From a virus, in the IMG/VR virus record IMGVR_UViG_3300032246_001438, positions 14,710 through 78,709 of that record: a stretch of 64,000 nucleotides of DNA. The stretch is one strand, 5' to 3'. The notes beneath the pieces were generated by a model. It searched no databases. It was not told the DNA's origin and saw nothing but the letters and a program-made list of their open reading frames with translations. Below, piece by piece: positions 1 to 8,053 of this stretch. The position numbers were made by a program, and so were the translations under genes. Each line of letters starts with the position of its first letter. The stretch's first letter is position 1.

Positions 1-2
1 TT

Positions 3-1001
3 GAAGGTTTAAAATCTGGTAAGCAATATAAATTTAAAATAAAAGCTAGAAATTTAGTTTATGACTCTGATGACTCTACCGAAGCTGGTCCAGTTGATGC
101 CACCACAGTTCCAGGGACTCCAACAAGCCTTAGTGGAAATGATTTAAAAAATGGCGGAGGTCTTACTCTTAGTTGGGTTGCTCCACCAAATGCGGGTGCT
201 GCAGTTACTAGTTACACAATTACCCCAAGTTTTGGAGCCGTAGTTAGTACTGGTAATAACTCAACAAGTTACACTTTTTCTGGTTTAGAGGTTAATAGAG
301 GTTATACATTTACCGTACAAGCAGTTAATGCTAACGGTCCTGGTTTGACTTCAACCCCTTCTCCAACTCTTACTCCTACGTTATATGTAGCACCAGTTAC
401 TCCTACACCAACTCCTCCATCAGTGGGTGGTGGACAGGTATCCGTTGGCGGCGGCGTTACTTGTGGAGCTTGCCAAGTTGTATCTGGAAACGTTCAAGAA
501 ACTGTTTGTATTAGTAACCTTCAATACACTATTTATTATGAAGCACGGGCACAAGTATGCTCTGATGGAAGTCAAGTAGCTTGTTCAAGAGGCGCAGAAA
601 TTACTAGAAGCGGCGGTACTCCAGGAGTAACTGGTTGTGCTGCTGTTACTGTGGGCGGTGGAGGTTGCAGCGCTCTGTTTGGGCAATCTTGTGGAACTTA
701 CTCAGCTGGTTGTGGATATGTTGGAACTTACAACTGTGAGGGTTCTTGCACTGGCATGGTTTGTAGTGGTTGCTGCCAGTGTACTAACACTTGTACTGGA
801 AATACTGTAGGAACTACAACTGTAGGAACTACAACTGTAGGAACTACAACCGTAGGAACTACAACTGTAGGAACTACTACTGTGCAAGCAACAGTGGGAG
901 GTGCTACAGGTACCCCTTCAGTAGGTCCTACCCCTGGATGTGGTGTGGCATGTCAATGCCGTGCAGCTGGCGGTATCTGGAGAGTTATTGGATGTATCTA
1001 A
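3..1001 (+). CDS. Fibronectin type III domain protein with Cys-rich C-terminus (5'-truncated; probable virion/fibre protein)
   Basis: Frame is open from nt 3: EGLKSGKQYKFKIKARN...VPGTPTSLS...LTLSWVAPPNAGAAVTSYTIT...SYTFSGLEVNRGYTFTVQAVNANGPG (FN3 motifs), continuing into the 345..1001 ORF, which has 20 Cys and TTVGT repeats. Confidence 0.8.
   Translation, partial: EGLKSGKQYKFKIKARNLVYDSDDSTEAGPVDATTVPGTPTSLSGNDLKNGGGLTLSWVAPPNAGAAVTSYTITPSFGAVVSTGNNSTSYTFSGLEVNRGYTFTVQAVNANGPGLTSTPSPTLTPTLYVAPVTPTPTPPSVGGGQVSVGGGVTCGACQVVSGNVQETVCISNLQYTIYYEARAQVCSDGSQVACSRGAEITRSGGTPGVTGCAAVTVGGGGCSALFGQSCGTYSAGCGYVGTYNCEGSCTGMVCSGCCQCTNTCTGNTVGTTTVGTTTVGTTTVGTTTVGTTTVQATVGGATGTPSVGPTPGCGVACQCRAAGGIWRVIGCI
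804..883 (+). repeat. 15-bp tandem repeat (ACTGTAGGAACTACA x5+) encoding TVGTT
   Basis: Five near-perfect copies read directly at 804-878 plus a partial sixth. Confidence 0.95.
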
Positions 1002-1031
1002 TACTGTATACTTTAAGCAAAGGAGTAATAA

Positions 1032-1244
1032 ATGAAGCGTAAATTTGCATTTGTAGCTGAAGGTGATGTTTTCATGGTTTGGACCTTTGATGACGAAGAC
1101 ACTGACGGCGTATCCCATGAAAAAGTAGAAATGATTTTAGCTGGAATGTCTTCAAATCCTAAAGTTATTGAATTTATGCCTGACCAGGATATTGGAGAAG
1201 GCTGGACTCACGACGGTATAGGGTTTGTACGACCAAAAGAATAA
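1032..1244 (+). CDS. Small hypothetical protein, possible fibre-associated chaperone
   Basis: AAGGAG RBS; C-terminal GWTHDGIGFVRP resembles KWTLENGVFYPP of the 25058 ORF, which also follows a fibre gene. Confidence 0.65.
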   Translation: MKRKFAFVAEGDVFMVWTFDDEDTDGVSHEKVEMILAGMSSNPKVIEFMPDQDIGEGWTHDGIGFVRPKE

Positions 1245-1254
1245 GGAGCAAAAT

Positions 1255-1527
1255 ATGACAACGCCTGAAGAGGGTAACCTAAGCCCTTGGAAACAATGGA
1301 AGAAAAACCTTGGTGAAACAAGACCTTGGGATTTAGTAAATCCAAACGTTGAACGTGTTTCAGATGAAATTCACAAAACTAGGTACGACATGTGCTTGTC
1401 ATGCCCAGAGTTAATTAAAATTACAAAACAATGTAAAAAATGCGGTTGTTTTATGCCAGAAAAATCAAAATTAGCTAAAGCTGAGTGCCCTTTGCATAAA
1501 TGGGGTCAAGTAGAGGTAGCACAATAA
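1255..1527 (+). CDS. Cys-rich small protein (DUF6171-like)
   Basis: RYDMCLSCPEL...QCKKCGCFM..KSKL..AECPLHKW motif; TAAGGAG RBS before ATG 1255. Confidence 0.7.
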   Translation: MTTPEEGNLSPWKQWKKNLGETRPWDLVNPNVERVSDEIHKTRYDMCLSCPELIKITKQCKKCGCFMPEKSKLAKAECPLHKWGQVEVAQ

Positions 1528-2144
1528 TGGGATTTAACCGAGAAGAGTTGGCCCCAGGTATTTGGGCTTATTACGATGTTATGGAAAACCCACAAAATTT
1601 TATAAGTGACATAGAAGGCCTTGTAGAAATAAAACAGCTTGTTTGGCAACTTGGTACTATTGGAAGTGTTGGCGATACCAGCACTGGTTCTTATAAAGTT
1701 AACACCGATATAAGAGTTGTTGAAACTATCGGTTTGCAAAGTTTTGATAGAAACCCTAGTTTAAGGAACTCTAATTTTGGAGCAGGTATTCAAGTACACG
1801 ACCTTTTAAATGAGAAATTGCAGCCAACTATTTTAGATTATGCTACTAATCATGGGTGTCAACCGTACGCTACGGGGGAATCCTGGCAAATTTTAAAATA
1901 TGGTAAAGGCCATCATTTTGAAAACCACGTAGACGATAATAAAAACATGCCTAGAACTTTCTCCATCTCTTACTACTTAAACGATGACTATGAGGGTGGG
2001 GAGATTGAGTTCCCACGTTTTGGATTAAAGATTAAACCTAAGGCAAATATGGCTATCCTCTTTGCTGCCAATTACGTCTATAATCACAAGATATATCCAG
2101 TGACTGAGGGCTTGCGTTATACGGTCGTCAACTGGTTTGAGTAA
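1527..2144 (+). CDS. 2OG-Fe(II) oxygenase, prolyl 4-hydroxylase-like
   Basis: LKYGKGHHFENHVD (HxD), YLNDDYEGGEIEF, YNHKIYPVTEGLRYTVVNW (distal His and Arg); TAATG coupling to the upstream gene. Confidence 0.9.
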   Translation: MGFNREELAPGIWAYYDVMENPQNFISDIEGLVEIKQLVWQLGTIGSVGDTSTGSYKVNTDIRVVETIGLQSFDRNPSLRNSNFGAGIQVHDLLNEKLQPTILDYATNHGCQPYATGESWQILKYGKGHHFENHVDDNKNMPRTFSISYYLNDDYEGGEIEFPRFGLKIKPKANMAILFAANYVYNHKIYPVTEGLRYTVVNWFE

Positions 2145-2152
2145 AACCCCGA

Positions 2153-2188
2153 GTTTCGCCTGACAATAGGTAAATCCTCTTGGAGAAT
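2153..2188 (+). promoter_or_regulatory. Phage promoter motif copy 1 (TTTCGCCTGAC-N18-GAGAAT)
   Basis: Same motif and spacing at 7980, 10602 and 59902. Confidence 0.6.
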
Positions 2189-2248
2189 GGTAACCAGCGC
2201 CCCCGATATCAGGCGTTATTACCACTCTAGAGAAAACAGGTACTTTTA

Positions 2249-3196
2249 ATGGCAACAGATACATCAGGTCAGCAAGCCGTTGACTTTGTATGGGGTAACT
2301 TCCCTATGCAGCCAAATGATGACCGTGCTGCGGCAGTGACCCCAGCAAACATCGGCGGCTCAACAGGCGACTACGCATGGGCAGCTACTACACGTGTAGC
2401 AGCAGACCGCTTAGACGCAGCTCTTGACAACCACGCAAACGCAGAAGCAGGTTGGTCAGGATTCCCAGCATTTGTAGCTGGTACAGGCAATTACATCATT
2501 ACAGCAGTTTCAGGTAATGGAACAACTGTTACATACACAGCACAAAACAATCTTGCAGTAGGTGACTCTGTAAACATTACAGGTCTTACAGCAGGTGCTT
2601 ACAATCTTTCAGCAGCAACTGTTGCTACAGCAGATGCTCTTAAGTTCACAGTAACTAACGCAGCTAACGCTGGAGCTATTACAGGCCAGTACGGCAAGGT
2701 TCAGCTAACAACTGCTTTAACAGCAGCTGATGGCGCTGGAATTGGTTACATCAACGTACCTTCAACAATTGGTGACACACTAGCAGTAGCTCTTGATGAG
2801 CTTAAGGATGCTGGTTACGAGACTGCTAATATTACAACTGCAACGGCAGCTACAAACGCAGTTTCAACAATTACAGCAGTTGCACGTACAGGTACAACAG
2901 CAACAATCACCTCAGCAGGTGCTGGTGCTAAGTACCCAGTAGGTACAAGGATTACAGTTGCATCACTTGTTGCACCAAATGATGTACTTAACGGTACATA
3001 CACAGTTACAGCAGTTGCTACAAACACTGTTTCTTACACAACAACAACTTCAGGCACACTTTCAACATCAGGCCTTACAGTTGCTGGTCTTTCAGGCGTG
3101 GCTGGAACAATCAAGACCCAGTCAACAGCAGCGGGTGCAGCAACAATCTCAACAAACGCAACAATCACAATTACACCGTTTGCAACAGTTTCATAA
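2249..3196 (+). CDS. Ala/Thr-rich probable virion protein with two beta-modules and an interrupted PASTA-like domain
   Basis: VPSTIGDTLAVALDELKDAG ... AGTIKTQSTAAGA...TITITP resembles the PASTA consensus; internal duplicated beta-module; highly biased codon use. Confidence 0.6.
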   Translation: MATDTSGQQAVDFVWGNFPMQPNDDRAAAVTPANIGGSTGDYAWAATTRVAADRLDAALDNHANAEAGWSGFPAFVAGTGNYIITAVSGNGTTVTYTAQNNLAVGDSVNITGLTAGAYNLSAATVATADALKFTVTNAANAGAITGQYGKVQLTTALTAADGAGIGYINVPSTIGDTLAVALDELKDAGYETANITTATAATNAVSTITAVARTGTTATITSAGAGAKYPVGTRITVASLVAPNDVLNGTYTVTAVATNTVSYTTTTSGTLSTSGLTVAGLSGVAGTIKTQSTAAGAATISTNATITITPFATVS

Positions 3197-3210
3197 CCTC
3201 AAAACAAACA

Positions 3211-3246
3211 AAAAGCCCCAGCCAATTGGCTGGGGCTTTTTTATTT
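3211..3246. terminator. Bidirectional rho-independent terminator
   Basis: AAAAGCCCCAGCC-AATT-GGCTGGGGCTTTTTT between convergent genes. Confidence 0.9.
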
Positions 3247-3553
3247 AAATTTTTCGTCTTTTTATCGAATGTCTGTCTTTCTCGTCAGTGCCCGCCCAAA
3301 TACCAAGTTCTTGGTTATCAAGCGCCCACTGTAAGCACGGGTTTTGAAAGCTACAACTCCCGCAGACTGTCTTTAGAAACCGTTTGGATTCTAATAACCG
3401 TTCTGGGGCTGGAAAAAACATTTCAGTATCAATTCCTTTGCAGGGTTGGGTACCGTCAAAATTTGGTGCGTTAGTACCACTTGTTATTCTGCCAGAATCT
3501 CCAAGCATTACATGCGCCATTTGGCTCATTTTCACTTCCATATCTTTTTTCAA
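3245..3553 (-). CDS. whiB: WhiB-family transcription factor (start uncertain; overlaps the SLT gene)
   Basis: PCKGIDTEMFFP...VCGSCSFQNPCLQWALDNQELGIWAGTDEKDR: four Cys plus the GIWxG turn. Confidence 0.9.
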   Translation of the reverse strand: MKKDMEVKMSQMAHVMLGDSGRITSGTNAPNFDGTQPCKGIDTEMFFPAPERLLESKRFLKTVCGSCSFQNPCLQWALDNQELGIWAGTDEKDRHSIKRRKI

Positions 3554-4028
3554 TATAACGAAGCCCGTATTTTATTTGAAGTTGTGCACTTTCTGTTTTT
3601 TCTACCCTGTAGTTGCCCCACGTTGAGGGCATGAACTGTGCAATTCCGTAAGCACCAGAAGACTTATTTAAAGCCTTAGGGTTAAAGTGGCTCTCTTTAG
3701 TCCACAGGTTACGGAGACATGTCCATTCGCCAATTGACCAATCTTTTGTATAGACGGTCAGAAAAGCGAGCGCTTCAGCGTCAAAGTATTTGACGGTGTC
3801 ACTTGCCAAGGCGGCCTTGGCTGCTGATTTTGTTGTTACTACTTTAAGGCGGGAAAGCGATACGGTTATAGGCTTTTCATTGGCTACCAAGAATTTCTGC
3901 TCGGCATCCTTTGTACTGCTTAGTGCGTATGCTGGGGTAACTATATGTGACAAGATTAAAAACCCTGCCATTACAGCTGCTCCTACCTTCTTTAAATCAA
4001 CTGTTAGATTGATTCTGATATTAAGCAT
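3471..4028 (-). CDS. Membrane-anchored or secreted lytic transglycosylase (SLT/lysozyme-like)
   Basis: N-terminal hydrophobic segment; CLRNLWTKESHFNPKALNKSSGAYGIAQFMP...QIKYGLRYIEKRYG...CNAWRFWQNNKWY; GAGAGGAG RBS before ATG at 4028. Confidence 0.85.
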   Translation of the reverse strand: MLNIRINLTVDLKKVGAAVMAGFLILSHIVTPAYALSSTKDAEQKFLVANEKPITVSLSRLKVVTTKSAAKAALASDTVKYFDAEALAFLTVYTKDWSIGEWTCLRNLWTKESHFNPKALNKSSGAYGIAQFMPSTWGNYRVEKTESAQLQIKYGLRYIEKRYGSENEPNGACNAWRFWQNNKWY

Positions 4029-4083
4029 TTGATTGCTCCTCTCAGTGCGAAAAGCCACCATCACTGGTGGCTTATCACCTACA

Positions 4084-4113
4084 AGGTTGCCACAGCCTTA
4101 CAGGGTAAGTCAA
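4084..4113 (-). promoter_or_regulatory. sigmaA-like promoter for the SLT-whiB operon
   Basis: Minus strand TTGACT-N18-CAACCT, with TG upstream of the -10. Confidence 0.45.
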
Positions 4114-4256
4114 GTGCAAACAGGAAAATTTAAATATTTTTATTTTAATGAGACAAATAGGGTATTTACCTATTTAATTGTGTATTACATCACGCTTGTT
4201 TTTATCATATGGACGACATAACGCGCTAATCAAATTTAAACTAGGATTGGTATATT

Positions 4257-4502
4257 ATGTCATTAGCAGAGTGGGCTGGCACATTAGCTGGATTTGCAGC
4301 TTTTGGTGCAACTATAATTGCAGCCACATCATGGGTATTAAAATCATACCTAAAGAATTTTGTACATGAGCTTAAGCCCAACGGCGGAAGCTCGATGAAA
4401 GATACCGTCAATAAAATTCATACTGAGATGGTAGACCTACGCATCTCTGTTGCTCGTCTTGAGGGTCGCTTTACACAGCACCTAGACGAAATCGAAAAGT
4501 AG
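4257..4502 (+). CDS. Membrane protein with coiled-coil tail (lysis-cassette type)
   Basis: One N-terminal TM helix, then ELKPNGGSSMKD and a coiled coil. Confidence 0.65.
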   Translation: MSLAEWAGTLAGFAAFGATIIAATSWVLKSYLKNFVHELKPNGGSSMKDTVNKIHTEMVDLRISVARLEGRFTQHLDEIEK

Positions 4503-4549
4503 GAGTACTCTTTTACTATCCCCACACACATAGGGATAAAAGGAGAAAC

Positions 4550-4744
4550 ATGAATAAAGAACAACTTATATCAGCTCTTGGTACTTATTTACGTGCCTCA
4601 GCTGCGTCAGTCGCTGCTCTGTACATGAGCGGGATTTCAGACCCAAAGACCCTGCTAAATGCTTTCATTGCTGGTCTAGTCGGTCCACTTGCTAAGGCGT
4701 TAAATCCTAAGGATAAGGCGTACGGAATCGGCTCTACTAAGTAG
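4550..4744 (+). CDS. Holin-like small membrane protein
   Basis: Two hydrophobic helices, ALNPKDKAYG end motif, AAGGAG RBS. Confidence 0.55.
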   Translation: MNKEQLISALGTYLRASAASVAALYMSGISDPKTLLNAFIAGLVGPLAKALNPKDKAYGIGSTK

Positions 4745-4791
4745 AATAAGGGGAGGCGGGTAACTCCGCCTCCCACTATTAGGAGGATATT

Positions 4792-5025
4792 ATGGCAAAC
4801 GTAAAATGCGACAACTGTGAAACTAATGCAGACTATACCTGCGCTGACCCTGGCGTAAACCCAGTTAACTACTGCTCTACTTGTTTGCCAGCATGGCTAC
4901 GTGACCGCGCTAACTTGGGTCACTTCCCATTAGTAGAAGCTATTGATGAAAAGCCTGCTGATAAATCTGCAAAGAAAAAAGCAGAACCAAAAGCGGACGA
5001 AGTAGCCGCGGATGAAAGTAACTAG
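4792..5025 (+). CDS. Hypothetical protein with two CxxC motifs
   Basis: CDNC...CSTC; AGGAGG RBS. Confidence 0.65.
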   Translation: MANVKCDNCETNADYTCADPGVNPVNYCSTCLPAWLRDRANLGHFPLVEAIDEKPADKSAKKKAEPKADEVAADESN

Positions 5026-5275
5026 ACGACAAGCAGTTCAAGTTCATCCAGTTCCAGATTCAGTCATAAATCCGCAAGGACCTTTCCCAAGCGAACTATT
5101 TAGGGAATCCCGAATAGTTACTGATTATGACTCTCCTCAAGATGAGGATGGCTCAGACTTTGAATTAGGCGCTACTGCCCAAAATAATTACAACCCACCT
5201 AAGTATCTTCGCTGCGCTCGTTGTTTTGCACGTGTTTTAGAGACTGAGACTCAGTTACATAGCTGTGAGGAATAA
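5012..5275 (+). CDS. Hypothetical protein (C-terminal CxxC...HxC zinc finger)
   Basis: CARC...HSC; overlaps neighbours. Confidence 0.6.
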   Translation: MKVTRRQAVQVHPVPDSVINPQGPFPSELFRESRIVTDYDSPQDEDGSDFELGATAQNNYNPPKYLRCARCFARVLETETQLHSCEE

Positions 5276-5733
5276 TGGCTACAAAAAAACAAAAAGAAAC
5301 GATGTCGGCTCGTTTTAAAGAAGTTAGCGACGAATTACAAAGAAAAAACGATTTTGACTCTCGAGTTCCAAAAGATGTTACTGAAGCGGGTACTAAACTA
5401 GAGACAGCACCTACCAGTAATCCGCCAAGGCCACGAGCAAAAAGTATTGGGTACAACGCTACTTCTAGAACTCTTTATGTTGTATTTAGAGACAACACTT
5501 GGTGGGAATACAGAAACGTGCCTACACAAATATGGGTAGGACTTCAAAATTCTTCATCTACTGGAAAATACTTAAAATCATCTGGTTTAGATACTTGGTC
5601 TGATATGGGACCAGCAAACTTAGACACAATGTCTACAGAAGCTAAAACACGAATGAGTGATAACGCATCTAAAGCTGATAAAATTCAAGGACTGCCCACT
5701 TTAGACAACTATCTGTTTGGACCCAGAAACTAA
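5275..5733 (+). CDS. KTSC domain protein
   Basis: SIGYNATSRTLYVVFRDNTWWEYRNVPTQIWVGLQNSSSTGKYL matches the KTSC pattern. Confidence 0.8.
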   Translation: MATKKQKETMSARFKEVSDELQRKNDFDSRVPKDVTEAGTKLETAPTSNPPRPRAKSIGYNATSRTLYVVFRDNTWWEYRNVPTQIWVGLQNSSSTGKYLKSSGLDTWSDMGPANLDTMSTEAKTRMSDNASKADKIQGLPTLDNYLFGPRN

Positions 5734-5734
5734 G

Positions 5735-6025
5735 ATGAAATCATACGGACCACTATACGGAGGAACTTTAAGGTACTGGCACAAGAAAGCTTTACCTGTA
5801 CTTGAGGTGGGAACCACACAAGAAATTGAACACCCATACCGTTTAGGCAAATGCCTAGTTTTTAGAGTACCATTTACAAACCCTGGTTTCTATTTTGGGG
5901 TTTGGATTAATAACCCAAACGTTAACCCTGATGATGACGCAAGGGTAGATGAGATATTAAAAGGAGCTATGAGAGGGCGAACTGCCTGGAAACCAGAGGA
6001 CGGGGCATATGATGAGTTTTTTTAA
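5735..6025 (+). CDS. Hypothetical protein
   Basis: ORF in a tightly packed operon. Confidence 0.6.
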   Translation: MKSYGPLYGGTLRYWHKKALPVLEVGTTQEIEHPYRLGKCLVFRVPFTNPGFYFGVWINNPNVNPDDDARVDEILKGAMRGRTAWKPEDGAYDEFF

Positions 6026-6257
6026 AGATAAAGAGCCATGGGTAAAACCATTTTCTGAAAAAGTGGCAAGACGTGTATCTAAGATACCTACTGGTGAATT
6101 AGAAATGTGGTCAGAACAGGCCCTAATTGATATATCTAGATGTCTATCGTCTTACTCTAAAAATAGAGACATGGTATTTTTAAATGAAGCTTTGCAAGGT
6201 TCCGAAGCTTTGCACGCCGTTGTCAACGAGTTGCACACCAGAATGAAAAGCCGTTAA
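6009..6257 (+). CDS. Hypothetical protein
   Basis: ORF in a tightly packed operon. Confidence 0.6.
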   Translation: MMSFFKDKEPWVKPFSEKVARRVSKIPTGELEMWSEQALIDISRCLSSYSKNRDMVFLNEALQGSEALHAVVNELHTRMKSR

Positions 6258-6290
6258 ATCTATTTGTCGATTTTATGCTAAACTTTGTTC

Positions 6291-6360
6291 TGCCTCTCTT
6301 CCTCTCCCCGTGTGGTGGCATCAAAAGGTCCTGGGTATAACTGCCCAGGCTTTTTGTTTT
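6291..6360 (+). ncRNA. Candidate small RNA or attenuator leader upstream of the terminase
   Basis: TGC-TAAACT -10 just upstream; TGCC/GGCA-closed CU-rich loop; CCTGGG/CCCAGG hairpin followed by a T tract. Confidence 0.35.
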
Positions 6361-6379
6361 CTATTAAACTAAGGTTAAT

Positions 6380-7972
6380 ATGGACAACAATATTGTTTTA
6401 GAAGAAGATGACGAAGAGTTTTTCCCTGAGGATGAACTCGAAGACGATGACGCCCTTCCCGAAGAAGAGGAAGAAGAACTTGATGAGTTATCTAAAGAGT
6501 TTGTTAAAAAACTAGTTGACCGTTGCATTCAATTTATGGATGCTCTTGTAGGTCACACCCTTCACCCCTATCAAATGCCGCTTGCTCGCCGCATTATTGA
6601 ATCTGTACTTATTAATGATGGTGAAGAAATAACCGCACTTGCTGCACGTCAGTCAGGTAAATCAGAAACTATTGCTAACACTGTAGCTACACTTATGGTA
6701 CTTCTTCCAAGACTTGCAAAAATGTACCCAGACCTACTTGGTAAGTTTGAAAATGGTATTTGGATTGGTATGTTTGCTCCTGTTGAAGGTCAGGTAGAAA
6801 CCCTTTTTGGTCGTACTGTTAATCGTCTTACATCAGAGCGAGCGCTTGAGATTCTTGGTGACCCAGAGATTGATGACTCGTTAGGTAAAGTTCCTGGTGT
6901 TACACGACAGATTAAATTAAAGAACTCTGGTTCATCTTTAATGATGATGACAGCTAACCCTAGAGCTAAAATTGAATCTAAGTCTTTCCATCTTATTGTT
7001 ATTGATGAGTGCCAAGAAGCAGACGACTTTGTGGTATCTAAGTCTATTTCACCTATGTTGGCGTATTACTCAGGAACAATGGTGAAGACTGGCACTCCTA
7101 CTACTCATAAGAATAACTTCTATCGTTCGATACAATTAAATAAACGTCGTCAAACAGGTACACGAGCACGGCAGAACCACTTTGAGTGGGATTACCGAGA
7201 CGTATCTAAGTGCAACGCTAATTACGCAAAGTTTATTAAAAAAGAGATGCTTCGTATTGGAGAGGACTCAGATGAATTCCAAATGTCCTACTGTTGTAAA
7301 TGGTTGCTGGAGAGAGGGATGTTCGTCACATCCACAATCATGGACGAACTTGGAGACACCTCACAAGAGTTGGTTAAAGCTTGGCATCGTTCTCCAGTTG
7401 TGGTCGGCATCGACCCCGCTCGCAAATTGGACTCGACGGTCGTCACGGTGGTCTGGGTAGACTGGGATAGGCCAGATGAGTTTGGATACTACGACCATAG
7501 AGTTTTAAATTGGTTAGAGATTCAAGGCGATGACTGGGAAGACCAGTATTTTCAAATAGTTAACTTTCTTGGAAGTTACGATGTACTTAGTGTAGGTGTT
7601 GACGCTAACGGTGTGGGTGACGCAGTTGCTCAAAGATTACGGTTGTTACTTCCTAGAGCCGAAGTGCATTCAATTGGCAGTAGCCAACCAGAACAATCAA
7701 AACGTTGGAAACACCTTAAAGCGTTAATTGACCGACGTATGGTTGGTTGGCCTGCTCACGCAAAAACACGACGGTTACGTACTTGGAAGCGGTTTTACCA
7801 ACAAATGACAGATTTAGAAACCAAGTTTACTGGTCCTAACTTTCTTGCCCATGCCCCAGATGAAGCCCATGCCCACGATGACTATGCCGATAGCCTAGCT
7901 ATTGCTTGTGCACTAACCCTAGATTTAACCATGCCTATGGTTGAGGTCTCTAGCTCTCCATTCTTTAAATAG
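6380..7972 (+). CDS. terL: Terminase large subunit
   Basis: ARQSGKSE Walker A, LIVIDECQ Walker B, TGTP coupling motif, VGIDPA and HDDYADS nuclease motifs. Confidence 0.95.
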   Translation: MDNNIVLEEDDEEFFPEDELEDDDALPEEEEEELDELSKEFVKKLVDRCIQFMDALVGHTLHPYQMPLARRIIESVLINDGEEITALAARQSGKSETIANTVATLMVLLPRLAKMYPDLLGKFENGIWIGMFAPVEGQVETLFGRTVNRLTSERALEILGDPEIDDSLGKVPGVTRQIKLKNSGSSLMMMTANPRAKIESKSFHLIVIDECQEADDFVVSKSISPMLAYYSGTMVKTGTPTTHKNNFYRSIQLNKRRQTGTRARQNHFEWDYRDVSKCNANYAKFIKKEMLRIGEDSDEFQMSYCCKWLLERGMFVTSTIMDELGDTSQELVKAWHRSPVVVGIDPARKLDSTVVTVVWVDWDRPDEFGYYDHRVLNWLEIQGDDWEDQYFQIVNFLGSYDVLSVGVDANGVGDAVAQRLRLLLPRAEVHSIGSSQPEQSKRWKHLKALIDRRMVGWPAHAKTRRLRTWKRFYQQMTDLETKFTGPNFLAHAPDEAHAHDDYADSLAIACALTLDLTMPMVEVSSSPFFK

Positions 7973-7979
7973 TCGTTAC

Positions 7980-8014
7980 TTTAGCCTGACTTTAGATTCA
8001 AATCGCAGGATACT
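7980..8014 (+). promoter_or_regulatory. Phage promoter motif copy 2 (TTTAGCCTGAC-N18-GATACT)
   Basis: Conserved motif and spacing. Confidence 0.6.
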
Positions 8015-8053
8015 TTTCTACGAGGTCCTCAACCCTTATAAGGAGTAATAAAA

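Noticed and set aside
804-883. CRISPR array, or the alternative-frame ORFs 791..1042 (NYNCR repeats) and 702..887
   Set aside because: The repeats are contiguous with no spacers; the alternative ORFs are by-products of the tandem repeat inside the FN3 gene
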